Shown here: positions 22,808 to 32,417 of the stretch, piece after piece
How positions within the stretch are numbered: position 1 is the first letter of the stretch
Layout of the letters: each line of letters begins with the position of its first letter
NCBI GenBank assembly: GCA_963702425.1
Contig: CAVPCQ010000020.1
Coordinates: 1-64,000 of the forward strand
Reading direction: 5' to 3'
DNA: 64,000 nucleotides
Origin: an uncultured Acidobacteriota bacterium
Lineage (GTDB): Bacteria; Acidobacteriota; Polarisedimenticolia; J045
The notes under the pieces: model-generated
Told to the model about the DNA's origin: nothing
Databases searched by the model: none
Seen by the model: only the letters and a program-made list of their open reading frames with translations
Program-made: the position numbers and the translations under genes

Positions 22808-23791
22808 TCATGGACCCCCTGCTTCCAAAGCCGTTCCTAATTCGCCGCAAGATACCGCCACCGTTCCCAGCTTTCCTACCGCCACGGCCGCCGCGGCGTT
22901 TGCCAGCTCGGCCCCGGTCGCGAGCGGCAGACCGGCCGCCAGCGCCGCCGCGAGGGTCGCGACCACCGTGTCGCCCGCCCCGGTGACGTCGTAGACCTCG
23001 CGGGCCCGGGTGCCGATGAAATGCGGCGCCTGACCCCGCTCCAGCAGGATCATCCCGTGCTCCCCGCGGGTGATCAGTACCGCCTCGATCGCCAGCCGCT
23101 CGAGGATCGTGCGCGCGGCCCCGACCGCGTCGTCGTCGTCGCGGATCTCCCGCCCGGTCGCGCCCGCCGCCTCGAGCGTGTTGGGAGTGATCACCGTGGC
23201 AGGCGCATACAGGCCGAAGTGCCGCACTTTCGGATCGATGACGACCGGCACCTTCCGGCGGCTCGCCGCGGCCAGAAGCGGCGCGAGCACCCGGCCGTCG
23301 AGCAGCCCCTTGGCGTAGTCCGAGACGACGACCGCGTCGGCCGCGTCGAGCGCACCGAGCGCCCGTTCGAGCGCCGCCTCGGCCGTGGCGTCGGGAACTG
23401 GAGAGTCGTCCTCGCGGTCGAGGCGGAGCACCTGCTGGTGCCTTGCGAGCACGCGGGTCTTCTCGACGGTGGGGCGACCCGGCACCCGCACGAGCCCACC
23501 GGTGTCGACGCCCCAGCCCGCGACCAGCGCGGCCAGCGCGTCGCCGGCCGCGTCGTCGCCGATCGCCGCGACGACGCTCGGCCGAAGGCCCAGCGCGACC
23601 AGGTTGTGGACGACGTTGGCGGCCCCCCCGGCCCGCGACTCCTCGCGCAGCCAGCGCACGACCGGAACCGGGGCCTCGGGGCTGATCCGCTCGACCGCGC
23701 CGACGACGTAGCGGTCGAGGATCACGTCCCCCACGACCAGCACTCGGCACCCCGCCAGCCGGCCGACAGCGGCCGCGAGGTCCGGCCCCAT
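22808..23791 (-). CDS. hldA: D-glycero-beta-D-manno-heptose-7-phosphate kinase (stand-alone PfkB domain)
   Basis: GDVILDRY, RISPEAPVP, GGAANV, SDYAKG, DPK, DVTGAGDT. Confidence 0.92.
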   Translation of the reverse strand: MGPDLAAAVGRLAGCRVLVVGDVILDRYVVGAVERISPEAPVPVVRWLREESRAGGAANVVHNLVALGLRPSVVAAIGDDAAGDALAALVAGWGVDTGGLVRVPGRPTVEKTRVLARHQQVLRLDREDDSPVPDATAEAALERALGALDAADAVVVSDYAKGLLDGRVLAPLLAAASRRKVPVVIDPKVRHFGLYAPATVITPNTLEAAGATGREIRDDDDAVGAARTILERLAIEAVLITRGEHGMILLERGQAPHFIGTRAREVYDVTGAGDTVVATLAAALAAGLPLATGAELANAAAAVAVGKLGTVAVSCGELGTALEAGGP

Positions 23792-23985
23792 CACTGCGCG
23801 CCCTTGGCGCCGCCGTCCTCCGGCCGCCCTGACTCGGGAAGCATCTGGGGGATCCCGTCGTCGATCGGGTAGACGACGCGGCAGCGCGCGCAGCGCAGGC
23901 CGTCGCCGCCAGCGGTCAGGGTGACCCTCTCGTGGCACCTCGGGCAGGCCAGAACCTCGAGCAGCCAGGACTCGATCTGGGGCAT
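23791..23985 (-). CDS. Trm112/UPF0434 (YcaR-like) small Zn-binding protein
   Basis: LLEVLACPRC...LRCARCRVVYPIDDGIPQML. Confidence 0.88.
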   Translation of the reverse strand: MPQIESWLLEVLACPRCHERVTLTAGGDGLRCARCRVVYPIDDGIPQMLPESGRPEDGGAKGAQ

Positions 23986-24181
23986 CACGATTCCTCCAGG
24001 AACGCGGAACGAACAAGAGTGCCAAACCGGGAGGGCGGGGGTCAAGTCGCGCAGCCGCGGCGGCCGCGCCGGGCTCCCCGGCGCACCGACGCCGGGGCCG
24101 GCCCCGGGTGCGGCGTTCCACCCGCGTGCCCCCTCCGGCCGCGTGGCCGACGCCGGGACTCGACCCGATAATCCCGTCCCC

Positions 24182-25267
24182 ATGTCCTCCGTTCCCCCGT
24201 TCCGCTCCGACTCCCCCCCGGCCCGGTTGCTCGCCGTCCGGCTCGGCGCCGTGGGCGACGTCGTGCGGACCCTGCCCGCCGTCCGCCTGCTGCGGCGGAC
24301 GTGGGGCGCGGCGCGAATCGCGTGGGTGATCGAGCCCGGGGCGGCGCCGCTCGTCGCCGGTCACCCCGACGTCGACGAAGTGATCGTGCTCGAGCGGCGC
24401 GCGCTCGAGCGGCGCGCCTGGCTCCACCCCGGGGCCGCGCTCGGAACGTTGCGCCGTTTCCGTGGCGCGCTCTCGAGCTTCTCCCCCGCGCTGTCGCTGG
24501 ACTTCCAGAGCTCGCTGAAGAGCGGGCTGGTGGCGCGCCTCTCCGGCGCCGCGGTGCGGGTCGGCTTCGACGCCCCCCAGGATCGCGAGGGGAGTCACCA
24601 CTTCGCCAACCATCGCGTGCTGCTCCCGGAGCCGCGCATCTCGCGGGTGCTTCGTGCCGCGGCGCTGGCGCGCGCGGCCGGCGCGGAGAACGGGCCGCTG
24701 ATTGCCGACCTGGCGCTGTCCGCGGACGATCACCGCGCGGCGGGACAGGAGCGCGCGCGCCTCGCCGGCGCCGCACGCCTGGTCGCCATCGTTCCGTTCA
24801 GCAGCCGCCGCCAGGCGTGGAAGCGCTACCCGGCCGAGCGCTGGGCCGCCATCGCCAGGGGGCTCGCGCGGCGCGGTTTCGTCGTCGCGATCGTGGGCGG
24901 TCCCGCAGAACTGGACGACGCGAACGCGCTGGCGGCCGCGGCCGGCGCGGGAGTGACCCCGGCCGCACCGTTGCCGCTGAAGCCGCTGGCCGCGCTGCTC
25001 GGCCAGGCCGATCTCGTCATCGCCGGCGACACCGGCCCGATGCACCTCGCGTGGGCGGCGGGCGCAACGGTCGTCGCGCTCTACGGCCCGACCGACCCGG
25101 TGCTCAACGCCCCCTGGGGCGACGACCACATCATCCTTGCACCGGACCGACCGTCGTCGCGTGACGACGCCGACAAGTTCCCGGGGATCGGCCCCGACCT
25201 CGTGCTCGAGCACGCGCTGGCCTGCCTCGCGGCGGGACCCGGGACGCGCTCGATGGAGAAGACCTGA
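24182..25267 (+). CDS. Glycosyltransferase family 9 (LPS heptosyltransferase-like)
   Basis: RLGAVGDVV, DFQSSLKS, KRYP-E-W, GDTGPMHLA, LYGPTDP. Confidence 0.9.
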   Translation: MSSVPPFRSDSPPARLLAVRLGAVGDVVRTLPAVRLLRRTWGAARIAWVIEPGAAPLVAGHPDVDEVIVLERRALERRAWLHPGAALGTLRRFRGALSSFSPALSLDFQSSLKSGLVARLSGAAVRVGFDAPQDREGSHHFANHRVLLPEPRISRVLRAAALARAAGAENGPLIADLALSADDHRAAGQERARLAGAARLVAIVPFSSRRQAWKRYPAERWAAIARGLARRGFVVAIVGGPAELDDANALAAAAGAGVTPAAPLPLKPLAALLGQADLVIAGDTGPMHLAWAAGATVVALYGPTDPVLNAPWGDDHIILAPDRPSSRDDADKFPGIGPDLVLEHALACLAAGPGTRSMEKT

Positions 25268-26739
25268 TGCAGAAGCGTGTCCTGTTCGTGCTCCTCCCGG
25301 TCCTGGCGAGCGCCTTTCCCGCGCTTCCGTCGGCGACGACCGCTCCTCAGGCCGCGAAGGGGATCCACCCGGAGACGATCGTCGAGCTGCGCGGCCTGCT
25401 CGCGGCCGGCCGGTGCACCGAGTTGCTCACCCGGATCGCGACGCTGCCCAAGGAACCGCCGCAGGCCGACCTCCTCGTCTTCGAGGGAAACTGCCGGCTG
25501 CGCGAGGCGACGCGGCGAGAGAAGGTCTTCGACGTCGAGCGCTACGAGCGGACGCGGATCGGGGCCGGGGGCGCAGCGCTCGATCCCGCCTTGACGGCCC
25601 GGCTCTACCGCCTGGACATCACCTGGGACGCCTCGGCCCGCGATGCCGCGCTCGCGCTCTTCGATCGGGCGCTCGCGCTCGAGCCCGAGCGGACCGACCT
25701 GATCGTCGGAACGATCGCGGCCCGGCTCGAGGGAGGCCGGCCCGAGCCGGCGGTGGCGCTGGTCACCGCGAGCGCTCCCCGGCTCGACGAGGCCGCGTGG
25801 ACCGATCTGTACCAGGTGGTGCAGGATCGGCTTGCGCTCGGTCGCGTCGACGAGGCCTCCGCGCTGGCCGCCGCATTGGTCGCGGCCGCGCCTGCGTCGC
25901 CTTCGGCGCAGGCCGCGGCGGGCTCGGCGGCACTTGCTCGGCACGACTTCGCCGCCGCGGCGAGCGCGTTCGGGAAGTCCGCCTCCGGCGCCGCCCTGAC
26001 CCCCGAGCAGGCGCGCGAGCTCGCCCTGCTGGCGATGATGCGCCGCGACTGGATCGCTGCGATCAACGCGCTGGCCCCGGTCGTGTCGGACAGCGTCGAG
26101 TTGACCACCTGGTTCGCGCTGGCGCGTGGCCGGATCGAGCCACGCTCGGCGACGCCGGTCTGGATCGAGATCAAGCGCTCGCTGGCGAAGGTCGAGAAGC
26201 CCGACCCGCGCGCAACGGCAGTCGTCGAGTACTTCCTCGGCGTCTCGCAGGCCGATCCGCCGCCGGCCCCCGCGGCGCGCCTGAGAGCGGCGCGGCGGTT
26301 CCTCGACGGCCAGCTCTACATGCCGGCACTGATCGAAGCCGATCGCGCGGTGTTCGAGGACCCCCAGTCGGTCGTCGGATTCAAGACGCTGGCCGATGTC
26401 TATCGCGGGCTGGGATACCCCGAGCTGGCGATCGACCCGATCGACTCCGCCATCGCCGTCGCCACCAGGAACCCGGCCCAGTCCGGCTACGGGCTCGGCG
26501 AGCTGCAGCGCCAGCGGGCCCAACTGCTGTTCGCGTCCGGGCGCGACGCCGAAGCGGCCGCCGCCTTCGAGCTGGCCGCGACGCAGGGGGCTCCCGAACC
26601 CTACGCGTTCGGTCTCGCGGCGCTCGCGACCGGACAGCGCGACACGGCGATCGCGCAGCTCAAGTCGGCGGCGGCCGGGAGCGGCAACGACGCCGCGGCG
26701 GCCCGGGCGAAGCTGGTGGAACTCGGCGTCGCACCCTGA
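25267..26739 (+). CDS. Secreted TPR-like helical repeat protein
   Basis: Signal peptide, Ala-rich TPR-like helices; TGATG coupling with the GT9 gene. Confidence 0.6.
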   Translation: MQKRVLFVLLPVLASAFPALPSATTAPQAAKGIHPETIVELRGLLAAGRCTELLTRIATLPKEPPQADLLVFEGNCRLREATRREKVFDVERYERTRIGAGGAALDPALTARLYRLDITWDASARDAALALFDRALALEPERTDLIVGTIAARLEGGRPEPAVALVTASAPRLDEAAWTDLYQVVQDRLALGRVDEASALAAALVAAAPASPSAQAAAGSAALARHDFAAAASAFGKSASGAALTPEQARELALLAMMRRDWIAAINALAPVVSDSVELTTWFALARGRIEPRSATPVWIEIKRSLAKVEKPDPRATAVVEYFLGVSQADPPPAPAARLRAARRFLDGQLYMPALIEADRAVFEDPQSVVGFKTLADVYRGLGYPELAIDPIDSAIAVATRNPAQSGYGLGELQRQRAQLLFASGRDAEAAAAFELAATQGAPEPYAFGLAALATGQRDTAIAQLKSAAAGSGNDAAAARAKLVELGVAP

Positions 26740-26778
26740 CCGGGCTTCGCCCTGCGGGCTGCGCCCGGCGAAGCCCGG
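26740..26778. repeat. Intergenic inverted repeat (terminator- or REP-like)
   Basis: CCGGGCTTCGCC-15 nt-GGCGAAGCCCGG between convergent genes; no clear U-tract. Confidence 0.55.
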
Positions 26779-26792
26779 GGAGCGAAGTCGGG

Positions 26793-27830
26793 TCAGCGCG
26801 CCGCGATCGTGCCTCCGGCCACCCCGGCCAGCAGGTAGAGCAGCTTCGCTGCGACGAAGCCATCCCAGAACCCGGCGCCGATCTCGACCAGGTCGGCGCC
26901 GACGACGCGCCGGCCGGAGCGCGCGACCTCGGCCAGCAGGTAGGTCGCCTCGCGCCAGCCCAGCCCGCCCGGGACCGGCGTGCCGGTTCCCGGACAGAGC
27001 GAAGGCTCGAGACCGTCGACATCGAAGCTGATCCAGACCGATTCCGGGAGCGCGGCGACGATCTCGTGCGCCACCGCCGCGAACGGCTGGCCCTCGAAGG
27101 CGCGCCGGGCCAGTTCGGCGTCGGTGAACCAGACCGCGCGCCCCGCGGCCCCGTCGCGAACCGCCACCTCTTCCGGCGACAGGTCGCGCAGTCCGACCTG
27201 GACCAGGCGCGCAATCCCGTCGAGCTCGAGCACCCGCCGCATCACCGACGCGTGGGAGGTCTGCCAGCCTTCGTAAGCCCCCCGCAGGTCGGCGTGGGCG
27301 TCGACCTGCAGCACGCCGAGCCGCGGCCCGTTCGCGGCCGCAGCCTGGATCGCGCCGAAGCTGACCGCGTGCTCGCCGCCGATCACCAGCGGCACGCGCC
27401 CCGATTCGAGCGTCGCCCGCGTCGCGTCGCGCACCCAATCGCACACGGCGCGGCCGATCCGCTCGACCTCCGCGTGCGCCTCGCAGTCTCCATCGCGGGC
27501 GCGCTCCGCCGCCGCGGACGCCGCCTCGGAGAGATCGGCGATCGCTTCCTCGAGCGGAAGCGCGCCCAGGCCGAGCCGCCACGGCTCGGCTGCGAGCGGG
27601 TCGTAGAGGTCGACCTGTCCGGAAGCGTCGAGCAGTGCGCGCGGTCCCTCGCGGGTTCCGCCGCGCGACGAGACGGTCGCTTCGTACGGGACCGGAATCA
27701 CGACGAGGCGCGCTTCCTCGAGCGGCAGCGGGCAGCCGAAGAGCGCGCCTTCGAGGGCGGCCGGGGCGCTCGGATCGATCGGCCGCGGCGGGCGCGGCGC
27801 GGTGGCGGGGATCTGCGGCCGGGGGATCAT
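26793..27830 (-). CDS. speB: Agmatinase / ureohydrolase family protein
   Basis: GGEHAVS, DAHADLR, SHAS, SFDVDGL, GTGTPVPGG. Confidence 0.82.
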   Translation of the reverse strand: MIPRPQIPATAPRPPRPIDPSAPAALEGALFGCPLPLEEARLVVIPVPYEATVSSRGGTREGPRALLDASGQVDLYDPLAAEPWRLGLGALPLEEAIADLSEAASAAAERARDGDCEAHAEVERIGRAVCDWVRDATRATLESGRVPLVIGGEHAVSFGAIQAAAANGPRLGVLQVDAHADLRGAYEGWQTSHASVMRRVLELDGIARLVQVGLRDLSPEEVAVRDGAAGRAVWFTDAELARRAFEGQPFAAVAHEIVAALPESVWISFDVDGLEPSLCPGTGTPVPGGLGWREATYLLAEVARSGRRVVGADLVEIGAGFWDGFVAAKLLYLLAGVAGGTIAAR

Positions 27831-28834
27831 CGCGGGTCGCTCCTTCCGGATCGGGTGTGCAGCCGGTCGCCAACCTGCAGCGCCGGGCCGGGCTCGAGAA
27901 TCAGCGTGACGCGGCAGGGTGCGCCGTGGTCGAGCGCGTCGACCCGGGCCCGCCGCACGTCCGGTCCGTGACCCGAACTGATCGCGACGGCTTCGCCGGC
28001 GGTGACGCCGGGGACGCGGTCGAAGACGATCTGGGCCCGCTCGCGCCGTTCGTCGACCGCGACGATCGCGGGCGCCGCGGGACGCTCGGGCCCCCAGCTT
28101 TCGAAGCGCGGCGGGGCGTTGGGGCCGAGCCGTAGCGAGCGTCGCGTCGAGCGCCAGTCGGGCATCACGAGGAGTTCGAACGGCCGCGCCCCTCCGGTGT
28201 CGTAGCGCAACTGCAGCTCGACGTGGAAGTGTCCCACGACCCCGCCGCCGAAACCGCGCACCGCCAGGGCCCGCGCGTGAGCCTCGAGGTGGGCCTCCGG
28301 CAGGCGGGTCCGGCAGGCCGCACCGCGGCCGCGCATCCCGCGCTCGATGCGCCTCACGAGCGCCCGGCCGGCGCGGGGCGGCAGCAGGCCGAACACGCCC
28401 TGGACCGCGGCCGAGCGCGCCACGGAGCGCCAGCGGCGATAGGCGCGATCGTCGGCGTTGATCGCGTCGCCGTGCACCAGGAGCCAGCGGCATCCGGCGA
28501 ACGGGCCGGCCTCGAGCTCGGCGGGAACGCTGTCGAAGGCGCGGCCTACCCAGCGCTGGGCGCCGAACTCGCGGTTCCCTTCGACCAGCACGACCCGCGT
28601 TCCGCGCGCGCGGAGCTCGGCGCAGGCGTCGAGTACGGCGCGGTGGTGGGGCTCGACCAGGCTCTCGCGCGCCAGCCACGCGGCGAAGACGTCGCCGAGC
28701 AGCACGAGCGTCCCGGTATCCTCGGCCCGCGCGGCAAGGAAGTCGCAGAAGTCCTCGAGGTCCGGGTCGCCGTCCACCAGGTGCAGGTCGGAGGCCACGA
28801 CCAGGTCGTCCGAGCGGCAGCCCGGCGCGCTCAC
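27827..28834 (-). CDS. lpxH: UDP-2,3-diacylglucosamine hydrolase (LpxH-like) with a C-terminal extension
   Basis: SDLHL, LGDVF..W, EGNRE, HGD.IN.DD..Y..WR, GHFH metallophosphoesterase motifs. Confidence 0.78.
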   Translation of the reverse strand: MSAPGCRSDDLVVASDLHLVDGDPDLEDFCDFLAARAEDTGTLVLLGDVFAAWLARESLVEPHHRAVLDACAELRARGTRVVLVEGNREFGAQRWVGRAFDSVPAELEAGPFAGCRWLLVHGDAINADDRAYRRWRSVARSAAVQGVFGLLPPRAGRALVRRIERGMRGRGAACRTRLPEAHLEAHARALAVRGFGGGVVGHFHVELQLRYDTGGARPFELLVMPDWRSTRRSLRLGPNAPPRFESWGPERPAAPAIVAVDERRERAQIVFDRVPGVTAGEAVAISSGHGPDVRRARVDALDHGAPCRVTLILEPGPALQVGDRLHTRSGRSDPR

Positions 28835-29958
28835 GCTTCCTCCTCGTCGCGGCCTTCGGCGAGACGTGCCAGGAACGCGCCGCGGAAGGCGGCGAACCCG
28901 CCGGCGGCGATCGCCGCGCGCATCCGCCGCATGAGGTCGAGGTAGAACCACAGGTTGTGCACCGTCCCGGCACGCGGGCCGAGCATCTCCCCTGCGTTGT
29001 AAAGGTACCGCAGGTAGGCCAACGAGAAGCGGCGGCAGATCGGGCAGCCGCAGTCGGAATCGGGCGGCGCAGCCTCGTCGCGGTAGCGCGCGTTGCGGAC
29101 GTTGATCAGCCCGCGGGCGGTGAAGAGCTGCGCCGTCCGGCCATGACGCGTCGGCAGCACGCAGTCGAACAGGTCGAAACCGGCAGCGACGGCCTCGACC
29201 AGGTCCTCCGGGCGCCCCATCCCCATCAGGTAGCGCGGCCGGTCGGCCGGCAACCTGGGACCGAAGCTCGCGACGATCCGGCGCACCTCCGAGCGTCCCT
29301 CGCCGACCGACACGCCGCCCAGCGCGATTCCATCGAAAGGCTCCGCCGCGGTCGCGGCCAGGCTCTCCTCGCGCAGGTCGTCGAACGTCCCGCCCTGCAC
29401 GATCCCGAACAGCGCGGCGCCGGGATCGGTCCGCGCTGCGAAGTTCCGCGGCAGCCAGCGCCGCGTGCGCTGCATCGCGCGGGCCGCCTCCTCGCGCTGG
29501 CCGGGCGCGCCGGTGCAGTCGTCGAGCGCCATCATGATGTCCGAGCCGAGCGCCTGCTGGATCGCGATCGACGACTCCGGGGTGAGCCGGCGCGGCGAGC
29601 CCTCGACGTGGTCGAGGAAGGTCACGCCGTCGTCGTCGATCGTCCGGCGGCGCGCAAGCGAGAAGACCTGGTAGCCGCCGGAATCGGTCAGGATCGGGCC
29701 GTCCCAGCCGGCGAAGACATGCAGCCCGCCGAGCTGCCGCACCAGCGCCTCGCCCGGGCGGACGTGCAGGTGGTAGGTGTTGGCAAGCACGATCTCGGCG
29801 CCCAGTTCGCGGACTTCGTCCGGCATCAGCCCCTTGACCGAGCCGGCGGTGCCGACCGGCATGAAGGCCGGCGTCGCGACCGCGCCGCGCCGCGTCGACA
29901 TCGTCCCGGTGCGCGCCGCGCCGTCGCTGAACCGGACCGCGAAGGAGAGGGCCGGCAT
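28831..29958 (-). CDS. tgt: tRNA-guanine(34) transglycosylase
   Basis: TPAFMPVGT, NTYHL, TDSGGYQVFSL, GIVQGG, FDCVLPTR, CGCPIC, HNL. Confidence 0.96.
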   Translation of the reverse strand: MPALSFAVRFSDGAARTGTMSTRRGAVATPAFMPVGTAGSVKGLMPDEVRELGAEIVLANTYHLHVRPGEALVRQLGGLHVFAGWDGPILTDSGGYQVFSLARRRTIDDDGVTFLDHVEGSPRRLTPESSIAIQQALGSDIMMALDDCTGAPGQREEAARAMQRTRRWLPRNFAARTDPGAALFGIVQGGTFDDLREESLAATAAEPFDGIALGGVSVGEGRSEVRRIVASFGPRLPADRPRYLMGMGRPEDLVEAVAAGFDLFDCVLPTRHGRTAQLFTARGLINVRNARYRDEAAPPDSDCGCPICRRFSLAYLRYLYNAGEMLGPRAGTVHNLWFYLDLMRRMRAAIAAGGFAAFRGAFLARLAEGRDEEEA

Positions 29959-31022
29959 CAGACCACCAGCATCGCGTCGCCGTAGCTGTAGAAGCGGTAC
30001 CCGGTGGCGATCGCTTCGCGGTAGGCGTCGAGCACCCGCTCGCGCCCGGCAAAGGCGGCGACGAGCATGAGGAGCGTCGACCGCGGCAGGTGGAAGTTCG
30101 TCACGAGCGCGTCGACGAAGCGGAAGCGGTAGCCCGGCGCGACGAAAAGCGCGGTCTCGCCGACGCCCGGCTCGGGCGCGCCGTCGCCGCGCGCGGCGCG
30201 CGACTCGAGCGTGCGCACGACGGTCGTGCCGACCGCGACGACCCGCCCGCCGCGCGCGCGCGCCGCAGCGATCGCGTCGCACGCCGGCGAGGGGAGCGTG
30301 AAGCGCTCGCGGTGCAGCGCGATCTCCTCGGTGCGGCTGACGCGCACCGGCCGAAAGGTCCCCTCCCCGACGTGCAGCGTCAGCGTGGTGTGTGCGATTC
30401 CCGCCTCCTCGAGTCGGGCCAGCAGGCCCGGCGTGAAGTGTAGCCCGGCGGTCGGCGCCGCCAGCGCCCCGTCCTCAGCGGCGAAGACGGTCTGGTAGCG
30501 CTCGCGATCGCGCGCCAGGCGCGGATCCTCCGGCGCGCGACGGATGTACGGGGGCAGCGGGAGCCGGCCGTGCGCGGCGGCGAGCGCCGCGACCGTCCCG
30601 GGGCCCTCGATCCGCACCAGCGCCTCCCCCGCCGCGTCCCCGGCGCCCGGGTCACCGAGCAGTTCGGCCGTGTAGCCGCCGGGGAGGGTCAGTGGCTCGC
30701 CGCGGCGCGGCGCACGTGAGGCCCCGACGAGCGCACGCCAGCGCTCGGCACCCCGATCCACCCCGGCCGACTCGAGCAGCAGCAGCTCGACCCGGCCGCC
30801 GGTTGCGCGGCGCGCGAAGAGGCGGGCCGGCGCGACGCGGGTGTCGTTGACCACGAGCAGGTCGCCCGGCGCAAGCAGCGCCGGCAGATCGGCGACGCGG
30901 TGGTGCCGGCAGGCGCCGGTCGCGCGCTCCAGCACCAGCAGCCGCGCCGCGTCGCGCGGCTCGACCGCCTCCTGGGCAATCCGCCCGGGCGGCAGCTCGT
31001 AGTCGAACAGCGCGACGTCCAT
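29958..31022 (-). CDS. queA: SAM:tRNA ribosyltransferase-isomerase
   Basis: FDYELP, NDTRV, PLPPYI, RYQTVFA, AAPTAGLHF, TNFHLPRSTL, YSYGDAM. Confidence 0.97.
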   Translation of the reverse strand: MDVALFDYELPPGRIAQEAVEPRDAARLLVLERATGACRHHRVADLPALLAPGDLLVVNDTRVAPARLFARRATGGRVELLLLESAGVDRGAERWRALVGASRAPRRGEPLTLPGGYTAELLGDPGAGDAAGEALVRIEGPGTVAALAAAHGRLPLPPYIRRAPEDPRLARDRERYQTVFAAEDGALAAPTAGLHFTPGLLARLEEAGIAHTTLTLHVGEGTFRPVRVSRTEEIALHRERFTLPSPACDAIAAARARGGRVVAVGTTVVRTLESRAARGDGAPEPGVGETALFVAPGYRFRFVDALVTNFHLPRSTLLMLVAAFAGRERVLDAYREAIATGYRFYSYGDAMLVV

Positions 31023-31029
31023 CGCCCCT

Positions 31030-31734
31030 TCAGCGCACCGTGCCGGCGCGGTATGGAATCGGGTCGACGACGCCGGCCTCGCGGAAGCCCTTGAGTCGCA
31101 GCCGGCACGACTCGCAGCGCCCGCAGGCCTCGACTTCGTCCTGGTAGCACGACCAGGTCAGCTCGAACGGAGCTCCCACCAGCGCTCCCGCGCGCACGAT
31201 CTCCCCCTTCGTCATGTGCACGAGCGGGGCCTCGATCGAGATCCGCTCCCCGAGCGCGGTGCCGATCCGCGCCGCGCGCTCGAAGGCGGCGAGAAAGTCG
31301 GCGCGGCAGTCCGGATAGCCCGAGCTGTCCTCCTCGACCGCGCCAATCACCACGGTTCGCGCGCCGAGCAGTTCGGCCCAGGAGACGGCGGCCGCCAGCA
31401 GATGCGCGTTGCGGAACGGCACGTAGGTCACCGGCGGTCCCGGCGCTCCCGTTCCGCCCCCGCCGTCGATCGGAATGGGAAGCGACGGATCGGTCAGCGC
31501 CGACCCGCCGAGCGCCGCCAGAAACCCGATCTCGAGCGTCCGGCGGCGCGCCGTCGGCAGCGCGAGCCGGTCGGCGATCGCCTCGTACGAACGCCGCTCG
31601 CGCGCCGCGGTGCGCTGGCCGTAGGACGCGTGCAGGAGCGCGAGCTCGTGCTCGCGCGCGACGAGCCAGGCGGCGACGGTCGAGTCCATCCCGCCCGAGG
31701 CCAGCACCACCGCCAGCGGCCGTTCCGCACTCAT
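31030..31734 (-). CDS. queC: 7-cyano-7-deazaguanine synthase
   Basis: SGGMDS, YGQR, TYVPFRN, GYPDCR, TWSCY, CGRCESC. Confidence 0.96.
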   Translation of the reverse strand: MSAERPLAVVLASGGMDSTVAAWLVAREHELALLHASYGQRTAARERRSYEAIADRLALPTARRRTLEIGFLAALGGSALTDPSLPIPIDGGGGTGAPGPPVTYVPFRNAHLLAAAVSWAELLGARTVVIGAVEEDSSGYPDCRADFLAAFERAARIGTALGERISIEAPLVHMTKGEIVRAGALVGAPFELTWSCYQDEVEACGRCESCRLRLKGFREAGVVDPIPYRAGTVR

Positions 31735-32417
31735 GCGCCGCGCTCCTTCCCCGGCCAGAGCAGCTTGTGGAGCTGGAGCTGCACGCGGGCGGGAAGCCGG
31801 TCCTCGAGCACCCAATCCGCGAGCTCGCCCGGCGTCAGCTCGCCGTGCACCGCGCCGAGCAGCACGTGCCCCGGGCAGCGGGCGAGCGGCCCGAGGATCA
31901 GCTCGCGCGCCCGCTCGTAGTCCCGGCGGTCGCGGACGATCATCTTCACCTCGTCGCCCGGACGAAGGCGGGCGATATTATGCGGGTCCATCCTCTCCGC
32001 CATCCCCGACCCCGGGAGCTTGATGTCGACGATCCGGGCGATCGGCGGCGGGACGAGCCCGATGTCCTGGTCGCCGCCGGTCTCGATCACGACGTCCCAG
32101 CCGTGACCATCGGCCAGGTGCCGCAGGAGCGGCACGACGGAGGGCTGCAGCAGCGGCTCGCCGCCGGTCGCGCACAACCGCGGCACGCCGTAGCCGAGCA
32201 ACTCCTCGGCCAGCCCGTGCACGCCGCGCCAGGCCCCCTCGGTAAAGGCCCACGCGGTGTCGCACCAGCGGCAGCGCAGCGCGCACCCGGTCAGCCGCAG
32301 GAAGACGGTCGGCAACCCGGCACGGCTCCCCTCGCCCTGGATCGAAAGGAAGACCTCAGCCACGCGCAGCCGGCGTGCTCGCGCGGTCTCCCAGGGCTCG
32401 CCCGCCTCCCGCTTCAC
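31731..32417 (-). CDS. queE: 7-carboxy-7-deazaguanine synthase (radical SAM)
   Basis: SIQGEG, RLTGCALRCRWCDT, TGGEPL, QLHK. Confidence 0.93.
   Translation of the reverse strand: MKREAGEPWETARARRLRVAEVFLSIQGEGSRAGLPTVFLRLTGCALRCRWCDTAWAFTEGAWRGVHGLAEELLGYGVPRLCATGGEPLLQPSVVPLLRHLADGHGWDVVIETGGDQDIGLVPPPIARIVDIKLPGSGMAERMDPHNIARLRPGDEVKMIVRDRRDYERARELILGPLARCPGHVLLGAVHGELTPGELADWVLEDRLPARVQLQLHKLLWPGKERGA

Noticed and set aside
19105-22986. 1293 aa plus-strand ORF
   Set aside because: Shadow ORF overlapping lapB and antisense to the DUF4388-like gene; Arg/Gly/Ala-rich with no motifs, as expected at high GC.
24010-24026. Sigma54-like TGGCAC upstream of ycaR (minus strand)
   Set aside because: The -12 element reads TTCG instead of TTGC, so the invariant GC is missing.
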